Shown piece by piece: positions 32,882-42,311 of a stretch of DNA of 64,000 bases. Under the pieces are notes generated by a model, which was given only the letters and a program-made list of their open reading frames with translations, made no database searches and had not been told where the DNA came from. The position numbers and the translations under genes were made by a program. Source of the DNA: Bdellovibrionales bacterium (GTDB taxonomy: Bacteria; Bdellovibrionota; Bdellovibrionia; Bdellovibrionales; JAGQZY01); NCBI GenBank assembly GCA_964230645.1, contig CAXRHT010000002.1:512001-576000 (forward strand), read 5' to 3'. The first letter of the stretch is position 1. Every line of letters begins with the position of its first letter.

Positions 32882-33187
32882 ATGAAGGTAGGTCTCATTT
32901 TATTTTTCTTGGTATTTTTGTCTGGACTCACCCTCGCTCAAGCCAACTGTGAACCTAAAAAAAAGTGGCAGAGTTGTAAGAAGACTTCCGATTGCCAATT
33001 GATCCCTCCCCATCCTTGCCATGAATCTCATGGAATCAATAAAGACTTTTTGAAAGAATTTAAAAAATGGCACAAAAATCGTCATGCTGATGAGTTATGT
33101 ATGAGAAGACCCGACGCTCCGGCGGATGCTAATAAAGTTAAATGTCTAAAAAATCGATGCGCTTCTTTTCATTCAAAAGAACCATAG
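32882..33187 (+). CDS. Small secreted cysteine-rich protein
   Basis: Signal peptide (..TLAQA); CKKTSDC...PC...C...KCLKNRC pattern. Confidence 0.7.
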   Translation: MKVGLILFFLVFLSGLTLAQANCEPKKKWQSCKKTSDCQLIPPHPCHESHGINKDFLKEFKKWHKNRHADELCMRRPDAPADANKVKCLKNRCASFHSKEP

Positions 33188-33748
33188 ATCATAAAAAACA
33201 GTTTTAAATGTTTCTAAAACCACCCGTGTCCAGTGCACTTTGAACTTCCTCCCTACCGTTGAACGACGATAAATAGGGATTTCCTTGGGAAAATGGGAAC
33301 GGAAAGTTTGATAAGCCCGGTGCATATGAATGCGAGAGGTAATTAAGACTACATCTTTACAGTTAAGGGCTTCGACCAAAGGCAATGCCTGTTGAGCGTT
33401 ACCGTAGGTCGTTAAAGAGCGCTTTTCAAGGATGATGTCATCACTATCAATATCGCCATAAAATGGTTTTTGTGGGAATAGATCACGAAGTTCCGCCGAA
33501 GGGTTTACTCCTGAGATAATGATTTTTTTTATTTGTTTAAGATAAAGCAATTCAAAGGCATCCCCTATTCGGTTGGGACCGCCTGTTAAAACGACCCCAC
33601 AGTCGGCCTGATGATCCTCAAGCCAGGCTGTGATCGGATAGCTGCTAATGGTTTTTAGGTGACTCACAGAAAAAAGAGAAAGAAGGGCCGCAAGCACGAA
33701 AACATTAAAAAATATTACAATTGCGAGTATCTTTCTCTTTTTCATCAA
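33173..33748 (-). CDS. YdcF/DUF218-family protein
   Basis: VVLTGG..RI, IISG, EKRSLTTYGNA and LITSRIHMHRA motifs. Confidence 0.88.
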   Translation of the reverse strand: MMKKRKILAIVIFFNVFVLAALLSLFSVSHLKTISSYPITAWLEDHQADCGVVLTGGPNRIGDAFELLYLKQIKKIIISGVNPSAELRDLFPQKPFYGDIDSDDIILEKRSLTTYGNAQQALPLVEALNCKDVVLITSRIHMHRAYQTFRSHFPKEIPIYRRSTVGRKFKVHWTRVVLETFKTVFYDLWFF

Positions 33749-34126
33749 TTACTTACGAGCCAAAAGCTCCACTTCCACATTCACCCCTTTAGGAAGGGCT
33801 GCCACTTGAATACAGGAGCGTGCCGGAAAAGGCTCTTCAAAGTAGGTGGCGTAGATTTCATTTACTTTTTGAAAATCATTAAGATCGGTTAGAAAAATGG
33901 TCGACTTGATCACATCTTTCCAAGAGTAGTCGGCCGCCTTTAGGACTTCCTCTGCATTTTGCATCACCTGCTTGGTTTGCTCTTGAATGTCTCCTGTTAA
34001 AATATCCCCTGTTTCAGGAACAATGGGAATTTGCCCCGAACAGAACAATGTTCCATCCACTTCAAGAGCTTGTGAGTAAGGACCGACGGGAGCCGGAGCG
34101 GACTTGGTTTCAATAACTTTTTTCAT
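33749..34126 (-). CDS. ridA: RidA-family enamine/imine deaminase
   Basis: APAPVGPYSQA, CSGQIP and FPARSCIQVAALPKG motifs. Confidence 0.93.
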   Translation of the reverse strand: MKKVIETKSAPAPVGPYSQALEVDGTLFCSGQIPIVPETGDILTGDIQEQTKQVMQNAEEVLKAADYSWKDVIKSTIFLTDLNDFQKVNEIYATYFEEPFPARSCIQVAALPKGVNVEVELLARK

Positions 34127-34144
34127 GAAAGATCTCCTTTACTA

Positions 34145-34636
34145 TTAGAAATAAAATATAATTCCACCGCGGAGAGGATGATCCCCAATGGTACGAAAAA
34201 GAGTTCCATTGGAATCGCTACGAATTCCTACCCCCGCTTCGAAGGTAAAGCCTAAGCTCTCAAGGCCTGTGAAAAAGAACTCTCCTCCGAGAAAGCCCAT
34301 GAGCTCGAAGCCAGAGTTGTTCTCTCCTGCGATCTCAGTACTCAAAAGGCCCGCTCCTCCACCAATATAAAAATTCATATTACTTTCGGTAAAAATAATG
34401 CGGTAAAGCTTGGCCAGAAGACCGAAGCGAGAGTTATCTTGCTGGGTGTTCACCCCAACGGCTAGCGACATTCCGGTGCGAGAGTTAGGATAGTACTGCG
34501 CCGTGAGTGCTGGAAGGTCAGTGGAGAGTTGATTGGAATACCCCACACCCAAGCGGTTGGCGAGATCGACCCCAAAGGCTGTTGATGAAAAACATAATGT
34601 TGCTGAAAACACTAGCAGAATGCGTTTAAAGAGCAC
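34145..34636 (-). CDS. Small outer-membrane beta-barrel protein
   Basis: Signal peptide, alternating beta-strand pattern, C-terminal IIFYF. Confidence 0.75.
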   Translation of the reverse strand: MLFKRILLVFSATLCFSSTAFGVDLANRLGVGYSNQLSTDLPALTAQYYPNSRTGMSLAVGVNTQQDNSRFGLLAKLYRIIFTESNMNFYIGGGAGLLSTEIAGENNSGFELMGFLGGEFFFTGLESLGFTFEAGVGIRSDSNGTLFRTIGDHPLRGGIIFYF

Positions 34637-34755
34637 GTTCTCCCCTTTCTAATTGGAACTGAGAGTCTATTAAAGACCAATCTCAAAAAAATTCAACGAA
34701 TAACTCTTGATTTCCTGAATTTCTAAGGCTACTTGTACCCCCTACCCAAAAAAAT

Positions 34756-34831
34756 GGGGCGTTAGCTCAGCTGGGAGAGCGCGACGCTGGCAGCGTCGAG
34801 GTCGCAGGTTCGATCCCTGTACGCTCCACCA
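34756..34831 (+). tRNA. tRNA-Ala(GGC)
   Basis: GGGGCGTTAGCTCAGCTGGGAGAGC...CGACGCTGGCAGCGTCG...GGTTCGATCC...CTCCACCA; G3:U70 pair. Confidence 0.97.
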
Positions 34832-34834
34832 ATC

Positions 34835-34955
34835 TTTTCAAAGACGACCATGGGTCGCCTAAAAAAATCCCAGATAAAAAGAAATTCCATCAAAAATTAA
34901 AATATAAAGTGAAAGCAAAGCCCAAGCCAGGGCGACCCATGGTCGTCTTTGAAAA
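34835..34955. repeat. Perfect 25-bp inverted repeat with an A-rich 71-nt spacer
   Basis: TTTTCAAAGACGACCATGGGTCGCC (34835-34859) and its reverse complement (34931-34955); each arm is itself palindromic. Confidence 0.85.
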
Positions 34956-35141
34956 CCTTGGAGAAGCGAACAGTGCTCGCCCCAGCTCCCGAGGGTGTCG
35001 ATAGCCCTGGCAGCGGAGAGCCGTGCCCGCACTAAAATTGCCCCCAAGGGCAAATTTAGTGCGGAGCATGTTCGAGGCTCAGCCCGCGCAGGCGGGCTAT
35101 GTCGAGAACCGGCGGCAAGGCCGCCTGCCCGAACCAAGGCT
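34956..35141. other. GC-rich multi-hairpin non-coding segment (ncRNA or composite REP-like element)
   Basis: Hairpins CCGCACTAAA..TTTAGTGCGG, AGCCCGC/GCGGGCT and GGCGGC/GCCGCC; outer CCTTGG/CCAAGG pairing. Confidence 0.45.
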
Positions 35142-35153
35142 TAAAGCTTTGCC

Positions 35154-35189
35154 GGATACCGTATACCGAAGCCGGTATTCTGGATACCG
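35154..35189 (+). repeat. Dispersed ~36-bp GGATACC element, copy 3
   Basis: GGATACCGTATACCGAAGCCGGTATTCTGGATACCG. Confidence 0.6.
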
Positions 35190-35333
35190 TCCATTACCCT
35201 GTTTAGCTTTTGTGAATACTGAGAGCCACCCTATCCCCAAGAAGAATACCACTATGCCTATTAAAAATTATCGGCCCCAAAAGGAGCATGCTATCTAAAT
35301 CCTTAAGCAAAACGACATCTCGGAGGAGGAGAT

Positions 35334-35858
35334 ATGAAAGCATTTATTTCGATTTTTATAACAATGGTGTTAAGTCACATGGCCCAAGCTGATTCCATCA
35401 TCGGACAACCCGCACCGGGGCAGTGTAGTGACCTTCATAGGCTTGAGTGTCGACTAGGAAACAATGAATTATCCTTAACCCTGACTCTCAATGGCCCTGG
35501 AGCTGATGGCAAAAATGATGGCTGCGCTATTGCAAAAAAATATGTAGGACTGGTTGATATTATCGCTTCTGAAGGTGATCCACTGACAGACCACAGAATT
35601 GATTTTTTCCCAAAACTTAGCGGAGGAAACTATATTCAAATAATCAACCCTGTTGGCAAAGACATCTCTGAGTATCACGTTGAATTTTTTGATGAGATGG
35701 CTAAAGCCCTCTACAAAGACTTGATGGTGAACAATTTGAATCTCAGCATCACATACGATCGCAACTTTCAAGTTCTCGACATTCAAGGGGTTGTGGCTGG
35801 GGCTAAAGATAACGGCCAGAAATTTGCCTTCAGTGGCTCTCAAATGAGCTGCCAGTAA
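35334..35858 (+). CDS. Secreted hypothetical protein
   Basis: GGAGGAGG RBS; signal peptide ending AQA; four Cys. Confidence 0.8.
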   Translation: MKAFISIFITMVLSHMAQADSIIGQPAPGQCSDLHRLECRLGNNELSLTLTLNGPGADGKNDGCAIAKKYVGLVDIIASEGDPLTDHRIDFFPKLSGGNYIQIINPVGKDISEYHVEFFDEMAKALYKDLMVNNLNLSITYDRNFQVLDIQGVVAGAKDNGQKFAFSGSQMSCQ

Positions 35859-36176
35859 ATATCAAGACCCCCAATGTAGAGACTTCGGGGGTTTTCAACT
35901 CAACTTTTTTCTATCACAAACAACTTGAAGAATCCTCCTGATCAGATTCACTGCTGCAGCCAAAAAACAATAAGAGCAAATAATTTCATAATTCCCTTCT
36001 TTACTAACTTAGTGCATTTAATGGGTTTATGATGGGAAAATTACAATCTATTTCCCGAAAATCGCATCTTAAAGAGACAGTGAAGTCACTAGCATGTCAT
36101 CCACTGCCGGTTCGCTGCATCTTTGCCAGAAGTCGGTTTGGTAAAATAGCTTCGATAGGAGAGTTTTTAAAAAAAT

Positions 36177-36677
36177 CTACTTTTTTGCGAAACGAAAGAA
36201 TCGTTCAGGTACAAAATCAAGATCGAATTTTTTTCGACACTGTGGAAAGTTTCCACAATTTGATTCTGTGACTTTATCAGCCAGTCGATCAATATCCTCA
36301 TCGATTTTTTCCACTCTTTGTAAAACCTCGAACTCACTCTCACACTCTTCGCAGTAAAGAGGAACAAAGACACTTTCGACTTTAGAATTTTGCGGGAGAA
36401 ATCCCTCGATCAAATTAATCTGGTCCACTAAAATTCGATGACAATTGTGAAAAGAAATTTCACTCTTCACTCGATCATCAATTTCATCGACAAACCGCAC
36501 CCATTTTTTAATTCCAGAGGAATTTATTAAATCAACACCACCAAAATCAAAAATGATTTTATCTCCACTCGGAAATTCTGAGATCTCCGGCAAATCGGCC
36601 GATTCATCTAAAAAACCTTGGAGTTTTAGTACACCTGTACCATCTTTTGTTGTAGAAAATTCGTAGGAAAAACTCAT
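36177..36677 (-). CDS. STAS-like (anti-anti-sigma) protein with C-terminal Cys-rich domain
   Basis: LKLQGFLDE...FDFGGVDLINSSGIKKW STAS motif; CEEC...C...C. Confidence 0.8.
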   Translation of the reverse strand: MSFSYEFSTTKDGTGVLKLQGFLDESADLPEISEFPSGDKIIFDFGGVDLINSSGIKKWVRFVDEIDDRVKSEISFHNCHRILVDQINLIEGFLPQNSKVESVFVPLYCEECESEFEVLQRVEKIDEDIDRLADKVTESNCGNFPQCRKKFDLDFVPERFFRFAKK

Positions 36678-36723
36678 ACTTAATTCTAAGCACAATAGTT
36701 ATTGAAAACAACTTAAAATCATT

Positions 36724-38694
36724 TTAAGCCGCCTGATCGTCTGTAATGTCCGCAAATGACAGCACGATTTGAAGCTCGGCTCCCGGATAATCCTCATTGT
36801 TGAAGATATTTATTTCTCCACTGTACTTGGCAACGATGGCTGCGATGGCAGCCATTCCGACACCTCGACCACTAGTTTCGGACACATTTTGTGCGGTCGA
36901 TACCTGATCAAGAAAAACGACATTTTCAATTCGACCGACAACTTTTTGAGTGGCTTGATCGAGTTGATCGAATTTTTGTTTTAATTTCTTTGTATCCAGA
37001 CCGGCGCCAAAATCCTTCACTCGTAAATACAGTCTTGATTCCGATATGAAAGCACAAATTTCGATTTCAATATTGCGATTCAATTTTGGTAAGACGTAGC
37101 CATGATCCACGGTATTTTGAACCGCATGATGCAACAAGGTGGTAAGATCATTTTTTAAGTGAACCGGCCATTCTTTAACCTGATCGTCGATTAAAAAGCG
37201 ATCCCACTGTATACCTTGATTGCGCGTGATACTTTTCTTAATCATAGATAGAGGCTCAGAGAGAACCCACTCCCCAGAACTCTCTCTATTCTCAAAGATG
37301 CTTCTTTTTGCCTCCAAAAACTCTTCGCAAAGAAGATTGAAGGACTGAAAAACCTCAGACTGCGCAAAGTTTAAGTTTTTGTCTGCGATAATTTCACTCT
37401 CTAGCTCATGAACTCGCGCTGAAAGCTTTGAAAAGCCCAAACTGCGGGCTTCACCTTTAATGCCATGAAGATCACTGAGTAGAGAAGCTTTGTCAGGTTC
37501 CTGCTGGGAGGCCATCACAAAAAGCTCAAGCTTAGTCAAAAAACCTAGTGTGGAATTGAGTCCTACCTCTCTCACCGCAGATATGATTTCCCGCAAGTGA
37601 GCCTCGATTTTCCTGTGCCGCTCGAGGTCTTTTTGGGTTTTCTTTTCTTCGGTCACATCATCAACTGTGACAATAACCTTTTCAACGACATCATCGTTTA
37701 ATACCGCTGTCCAGGAAAGACGCAGCTCCCTCTTGTCACCATAAACAGAGGTCGAATAGTCCTGAGTGAGGTTATTACGATTTAATTCCCAATTGATTTC
37801 ATCTTCACCTAAAATATTTAGAAGCGTCGTCTTATTGATGTCTCTTTCTTCTTGCGTGAGACTAGAGTTTTTAAATAAAAAATCAAGGATCGACTCTCCT
37901 GTGGGTTCCATGGCTGTGAAGATCTTTTTCACTTGCCCAGAGTACTGACTGTCGACCTTCAAATCCCGGTCAAACATCAAAATCCCGATATTGACATTTT
38001 CAAAAATACTATCAATCTGTGATTTCTGATTTTTGATTGTGTGAAAGGCTTTTTCTAGAAGCTTTTCGTGTTTATCCGCCAAGGACTTTTCAATCCACAG
38101 GACTACGATGATAAGTCCTGTGATCATCAGCGTATCATTGATAATAAGAGAAAAATGAAAATCAGAGGAGTGAAGCCCTGTCACTGGAAGGACTTGTTTG
38201 TGGGACAAATAGTCTAAGATGGGTAACACCAAAAAAGTGAAAAAGGCCACCGGAATTCGAACTTTCAGAGAATATTTCGAAAAGGCTATAACGGAATAAA
38301 TTAAACCGAGGTAAATAAAATGGTAACCGTTAAAACTTTTGCCGAAAACAACGACTGCTTGCGCCGCATAGCCGACAATCATACACAATCCAAAAATGTG
38401 AGCCACTAAGATCTTACGGAGATAATGAAAAAGAGGGACGCCAAAACTAATCGACATCAACCCCCAATACCAATAGCGGTAAAATGGATCTAAACCGAGT
38501 TTTACCAGCTGGTTGGATAGGGCAAAGCCAAGGACAAGCCCTAAATAGACCATGACGTTACTATAAATAATAACGCGCTTAACTGAAGTGTCATGATGGG
38601 GCTCTACCCCTAGCCACACCGCCTTCTGTATACAAGCCTTGAAAAGAGATAATGCCTTTTTAATTTTTCCATCCATAGGGTAAACTATCCTCAC
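36724..38694 (-). CDS. Membrane-bound CheA-like histidine kinase (TM-PAS-Hpt-HATPase, no CheW domain)
   Basis: LHGIKGEARSLG Hpt motif; HAVQNTVDHG, DFGAGLD and STAQNVSETSGRGVGM CheA-type boxes. Confidence 0.85.
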   Translation of the reverse strand: MRIVYPMDGKIKKALSLFKACIQKAVWLGVEPHHDTSVKRVIIYSNVMVYLGLVLGFALSNQLVKLGLDPFYRYWYWGLMSISFGVPLFHYLRKILVAHIFGLCMIVGYAAQAVVVFGKSFNGYHFIYLGLIYSVIAFSKYSLKVRIPVAFFTFLVLPILDYLSHKQVLPVTGLHSSDFHFSLIINDTLMITGLIIVVLWIEKSLADKHEKLLEKAFHTIKNQKSQIDSIFENVNIGILMFDRDLKVDSQYSGQVKKIFTAMEPTGESILDFLFKNSSLTQEERDINKTTLLNILGEDEINWELNRNNLTQDYSTSVYGDKRELRLSWTAVLNDDVVEKVIVTVDDVTEEKKTQKDLERHRKIEAHLREIISAVREVGLNSTLGFLTKLELFVMASQQEPDKASLLSDLHGIKGEARSLGFSKLSARVHELESEIIADKNLNFAQSEVFQSFNLLCEEFLEAKRSIFENRESSGEWVLSEPLSMIKKSITRNQGIQWDRFLIDDQVKEWPVHLKNDLTTLLHHAVQNTVDHGYVLPKLNRNIEIEICAFISESRLYLRVKDFGAGLDTKKLKQKFDQLDQATQKVVGRIENVVFLDQVSTAQNVSETSGRGVGMAAIAAIVAKYSGEINIFNNEDYPGAELQIVLSFADITDDQAA

Positions 38695-38753
38695 TAGTAG
38701 AGTTATCGGAATTCTTCTCTCGATATATGAGAACTAGTTGGAAATGAATGTGA

Positions 38754-39326
38754 ATGGAGAATCAACATATGACCAAAGGCCAGTTCGAAGAAAGCCTGGA
38801 GAGCGCACTCATGAAATCTTCTCTGTCGAGAATCAAAACTTTCTGTCGGCAGGAGGATTTTCACCTCAACAAAAGTCCTGATGTTAGCAAAGATCACGCT
38901 CAAAAACCAAACCTCGTTCTTATTCTCATTTCCGGCCAAGATGTGCATATTACTCTTAAGGTATTTTTTGACGCAAAAAAATGCCCCTCTCTCACTGAGC
39001 AAACCCATGGACAATCCGATCAAGAGGATGAACAATCCCATCGCTCCGTTGACGTGGTAAAAGAACTTTCTAATTTGATCGCAGGCCACATCAAAATGCT
39101 TCTTGATCAAGCTGGCATTAATTGCGAGATCAGTTTGCCTATCTCCATGCGAGGTTATGATGAGATTTTCTTTAAAGATGATATCAATTTAGGTTTAAAA
39201 AAGAACCAATGGGAAATTTATCGCGAGTCAGAGAAATTGACATTCGTCTCTGTGGTGAGAAACTCCCTGGATAACGACATTGAACTTGAGTACGTAGAAG
39301 AATCAAGCACTATTGAACTGTTTTAA
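38754..39326 (+). CDS. CheX-like phosphatase-domain protein
   Basis: DVVKELSNLIAGHIK...ISLP (ExxN motif). Confidence 0.65.
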   Translation: MENQHMTKGQFEESLESALMKSSLSRIKTFCRQEDFHLNKSPDVSKDHAQKPNLVLILISGQDVHITLKVFFDAKKCPSLTEQTHGQSDQEDEQSHRSVDVVKELSNLIAGHIKMLLDQAGINCEISLPISMRGYDEIFFKDDINLGLKKNQWEIYRESEKLTFVSVVRNSLDNDIELEYVEESSTIELF

Positions 39327-39341
39327 AAAAGGATCCAATCA

Positions 39342-39707
39342 ATGGCAAAAATTTTAATTGCTGACGATTCAGAAACACTAAGAGTACAACTCCGCAATGA
39401 TCTGGAGAACGCCAAACACGAGGTCTTAGCGGCCGAAGACGGACTTGTCGCTATTAAAAAACTTCAGGAAAATTCAGACATTCAACTTTGTATATTGGAT
39501 GTTAATATGCCCGAAGCCAGCGGACTTGAGGTTTTAGAAAAAATGCGTGAAGAAAACTTGTGTCCGAAGGCATTGGTGTTCATGCTCACCACTGATTCAA
39601 GCCCGACCCTCAAAGAAAAAGGCAAGAGCTTAGGGGTAAAAGCCTGGATCACGAAACCTTATCAGAAAGAGTCTCTTTTAAACGTTATTGAAAAGTTGGT
39701 GGTATGA
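39342..39707 (+). CDS. CheY-like single-domain response regulator
   Basis: ILIADDS, LDVNMP, MLTT and WITKP motifs. Confidence 0.93.
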   Translation: MAKILIADDSETLRVQLRNDLENAKHEVLAAEDGLVAIKKLQENSDIQLCILDVNMPEASGLEVLEKMREENLCPKALVFMLTTDSSPTLKEKGKSLGVKAWITKPYQKESLLNVIEKLVV

Positions 39708-40900
39708 GATCGGATTTCTTAAGCAATGGATTCAAGGCCAGTGAGGAGCTTCTTTTATTATTAGAAGACGCTAAGAAAAAACTGGATTATTCAATCGATA
39801 AACTTCCCGGTATCTATTTTGTCTTCGATGAAGAGGGTGTGATTTACCGCAACAACTGGGAATTTTTAAAGTGTTTTGAAAAGTCTGAAGCTTTGAGTGA
39901 TAAAACCAAGCTCTTTGACCTTCTTGCTAAGGATGAAAAAGCAAGAATGCAAGAGTTAATGATGCTTAACCAAGAGCAATTTGAAAAGGTCATTGATCGT
40001 GAGTTTAGTTTTATCAATGGAAAAACCTATGCCCTTTCCACTTACGCCTGGAAAGTCTCCAAGTCCTCTAAAAAAGTTTTCTACACAGCTCACGGCCGAG
40101 ATGTTTCTGAGTTAAAAAATCTCTTACTTGAAAAAAATTATCTCATGAGAGAGGTGCAAGGAGCCGAACAAATCCAAAAGCTTATGCTTCCCGAACAAGA
40201 AGCCCAAATCGGAAAATCAGAAATTTCTTGTTTTTACCGCCCTGCTGCCGAGTGCAGTGGTGATTTTCTCCACTATAACGTTCATGACAATGGCCTTATC
40301 CTGTGGGCCGGCGACGTGACCGGGCATGGAGTGGGTGCAGCCATGATTTCAGGTTGTGTGCGCTCAGCCATTGCTTTGATGGAAGAGGATCCCGCCCAAT
40401 TGGATGTCTCTAAAGCCATGGAAAAAATCAACCGATCCCTTTTGAAAGTGGCCAATAACGAATATTGGATGTCTTTTCAAATTGTGGTTTTTGATTTTAA
40501 AAATAAAAAATTTCGATCCTGCCAAGCCGGACATACAGAAATCTACTGCTTGGATTTAGATCAAGTCCCCTTGGCAAAATGGCGAGATCTCAAAATTATT
40601 AACGCCGAACAATCTCACGTATTAGGAATGACCGAGGAGCCTAAGTTTATAGATTCCGAGCACGATCTCGACGCCAGCCGGATTTATCTTAGTTTCAGTG
40701 ATGGTCTTTACGAAACAACCAACAAAAAGGACGTTGTTTACGGAAAAAGAAGACTTCTTAAAGGCTTTCTCGAAGAGTATCGCAACAAACAAAACCTTAA
40801 GGCTTCAAAAGAAAAAGTGCTGGATAATATTTTAAATTTCTCTAATCACGCCCCACTGGCTGATGATCTCTCCTTTTGGGCTTTCTCCTATAAAGGCTAG
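39704..40900 (+). CDS. PAS-domain SpoIIE/RsbU-type PP2C phosphatase
   Basis: AEQIQKLMLP, CSGDF, GDVTGHGVGAA, SDGLYE and DDLS motifs. Confidence 0.9.
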   Translation: MRSDFLSNGFKASEELLLLLEDAKKKLDYSIDKLPGIYFVFDEEGVIYRNNWEFLKCFEKSEALSDKTKLFDLLAKDEKARMQELMMLNQEQFEKVIDREFSFINGKTYALSTYAWKVSKSSKKVFYTAHGRDVSELKNLLLEKNYLMREVQGAEQIQKLMLPEQEAQIGKSEISCFYRPAAECSGDFLHYNVHDNGLILWAGDVTGHGVGAAMISGCVRSAIALMEEDPAQLDVSKAMEKINRSLLKVANNEYWMSFQIVVFDFKNKKFRSCQAGHTEIYCLDLDQVPLAKWRDLKIINAEQSHVLGMTEEPKFIDSEHDLDASRIYLSFSDGLYETTNKKDVVYGKRRLLKGFLEEYRNKQNLKASKEKVLDNILNFSNHAPLADDLSFWAFSYKG

Positions 40901-41039
40901 AGAGAAAACAAACCGCGCTTTTTTTGTGCGGCTTGCAGACTCACTTCTTATCTTGAAAGATTTACCTCTCCCCTCATAAATCTTTCACTTCTCTTGCTAG
41001 GTCAGTGATTTTTCTAATGAACAGAGATAAGGATGGCTT

Positions 41040-41912
41040 ATGAATAGATATCTTATTAGCCTTACAATCGTTTACCTCACTGTTTCCGCATTCGGTGCAT
41101 CAGCCTCCACGGACTTCGCTTTTACCGAAGAGAATTGCCAAAAGCCCGACCTGATGCAACCAAGCTTCCACAAAGGACTCTTTTTTCCAAATGGTGAGTT
41201 AAGAGGTGAACGATCTCTGGCTTTACTCATGCCCGCTGAAGACATCGTAAGTTCCGCCCTCAGGGTTTATCAAAGAGACGAGAGGATGGCGCAAAGGATT
41301 TTTCTCGACTCTCAAAGTGGACAGTTTATTGGTGATCAAAAGTACTTGTTTGACCCCAAAACTCACAGCGAAGAGTTGTTTGGTCTTCCAAGAATTAATA
41401 TAGCCAGCGTCCTTGATCACTTACAAGAGATGTTAGCTAAAGGTTTTGCCCGAGTGATCTCCTACACCGATGCGGGACATTTGCATTTAAAAATACCCAT
41501 TGGGGTGAAAGAAGAAATTCTCGCCACGACCGACGATGAAAATGAACAGCTTTTAGCGATGCTGAAACATCCTGAAACTCTTTACCTCTACCATACTGCC
41601 GAAAAAGTAAAACTTCTCGATCACAATGACGAACCCTTAAGCCCTGAGCTTGGTTGGTGGTATCTTAATCGCAACGTTATTGGGTCACAGCTGGGTAATG
41701 AATCTATCTATACTGTGGTAAAGCAAGGAGATGGCTACAACACCTATAAGAACCCCGAGGGCTACACCGAATTTGGCCCAAGCATTTATATTCAAAGTAA
41801 TAAAAAAGGCTGCTTTCAAATCACTCATAAGGGGGAGCCTATTAATCTCGACCTTAGCTTTATGATGCCAGCCTCGGATCCTGAAGTTCTTGCTGCCTCT
41901 CCAGAGAGATAG
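41040..41912 (+). CDS. Secreted hypothetical protein
   Basis: Signal peptide; DAGHLHL and LYLYHTAE His-containing motifs. Confidence 0.75.
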   Translation: MNRYLISLTIVYLTVSAFGASASTDFAFTEENCQKPDLMQPSFHKGLFFPNGELRGERSLALLMPAEDIVSSALRVYQRDERMAQRIFLDSQSGQFIGDQKYLFDPKTHSEELFGLPRINIASVLDHLQEMLAKGFARVISYTDAGHLHLKIPIGVKEEILATTDDENEQLLAMLKHPETLYLYHTAEKVKLLDHNDEPLSPELGWWYLNRNVIGSQLGNESIYTVVKQGDGYNTYKNPEGYTEFGPSIYIQSNKKGCFQITHKGEPINLDLSFMMPASDPEVLAASPER

Positions 41913-41918
41913 CACGGT

Positions 41919-42140
41919 GGCACACTGCCTTCTTGTCGTCCTAAGGCACACTCCCTTTTTGTCGTCCTGAGGCACACTCCCTTTTTGTCGTCCTGAGGCA
42001 CACTCCCTTTTTGTCGTCCTGAGGCACACTCCCTTTTTGTCGTCCTGAGGCGAAGCCGAAGGACCTTAGAGCGATCGAGACTCCCAAGATCCTTCGGCTT
42101 CGCCTCAGGATGACATTGGAAATTAAGCCTCAGGATGACA
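41919..42140. repeat. REP-like cluster: 26-bp tandem array leading into an inverted palindrome pair
   Basis: GTCGTCCTGAGGCACACTCCCTTTTT units at 41935, 41961, 41987 and 42013; fifth start at 42039 continues as GTCGTCCTGAGGCGAAGCCGAAGGACCT; inverted copy 42087-42115; half-site 42127-42140. Confidence 0.9.
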
Positions 42141-42311
42141 GTGGGTTTTCCATAGTCTGGCACCTAGAAAAAGAAAGAAAACAAAGAGTGTCTAAAGTTT
42201 TGTCAGTCCTGAATTTATTATCTGATCTTACAATTTTTACCCCATTTAGACTCTGTCCTGATATATTGAGGCCAATCGAGCTTTGTCACAAATATTGTGA
42301 AAGGGACCCTC

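Noticed and set aside
34859..35298. ORFs 34859..35137 (-) and 35023..35298 (+)
   Set aside because: They run through palindromic GC-rich non-coding sequence and lack an RBS or protein-like features
38703..39110. 135-aa minus-strand ORF upstream of the kinase
   Set aside because: Antisense to the CheX-like gene, which has a recognisable motif and operon context
41919..42140. CRISPR array
   Set aside because: Units are contiguous and near-identical with no unique spacers, and there are no cas genes in the window
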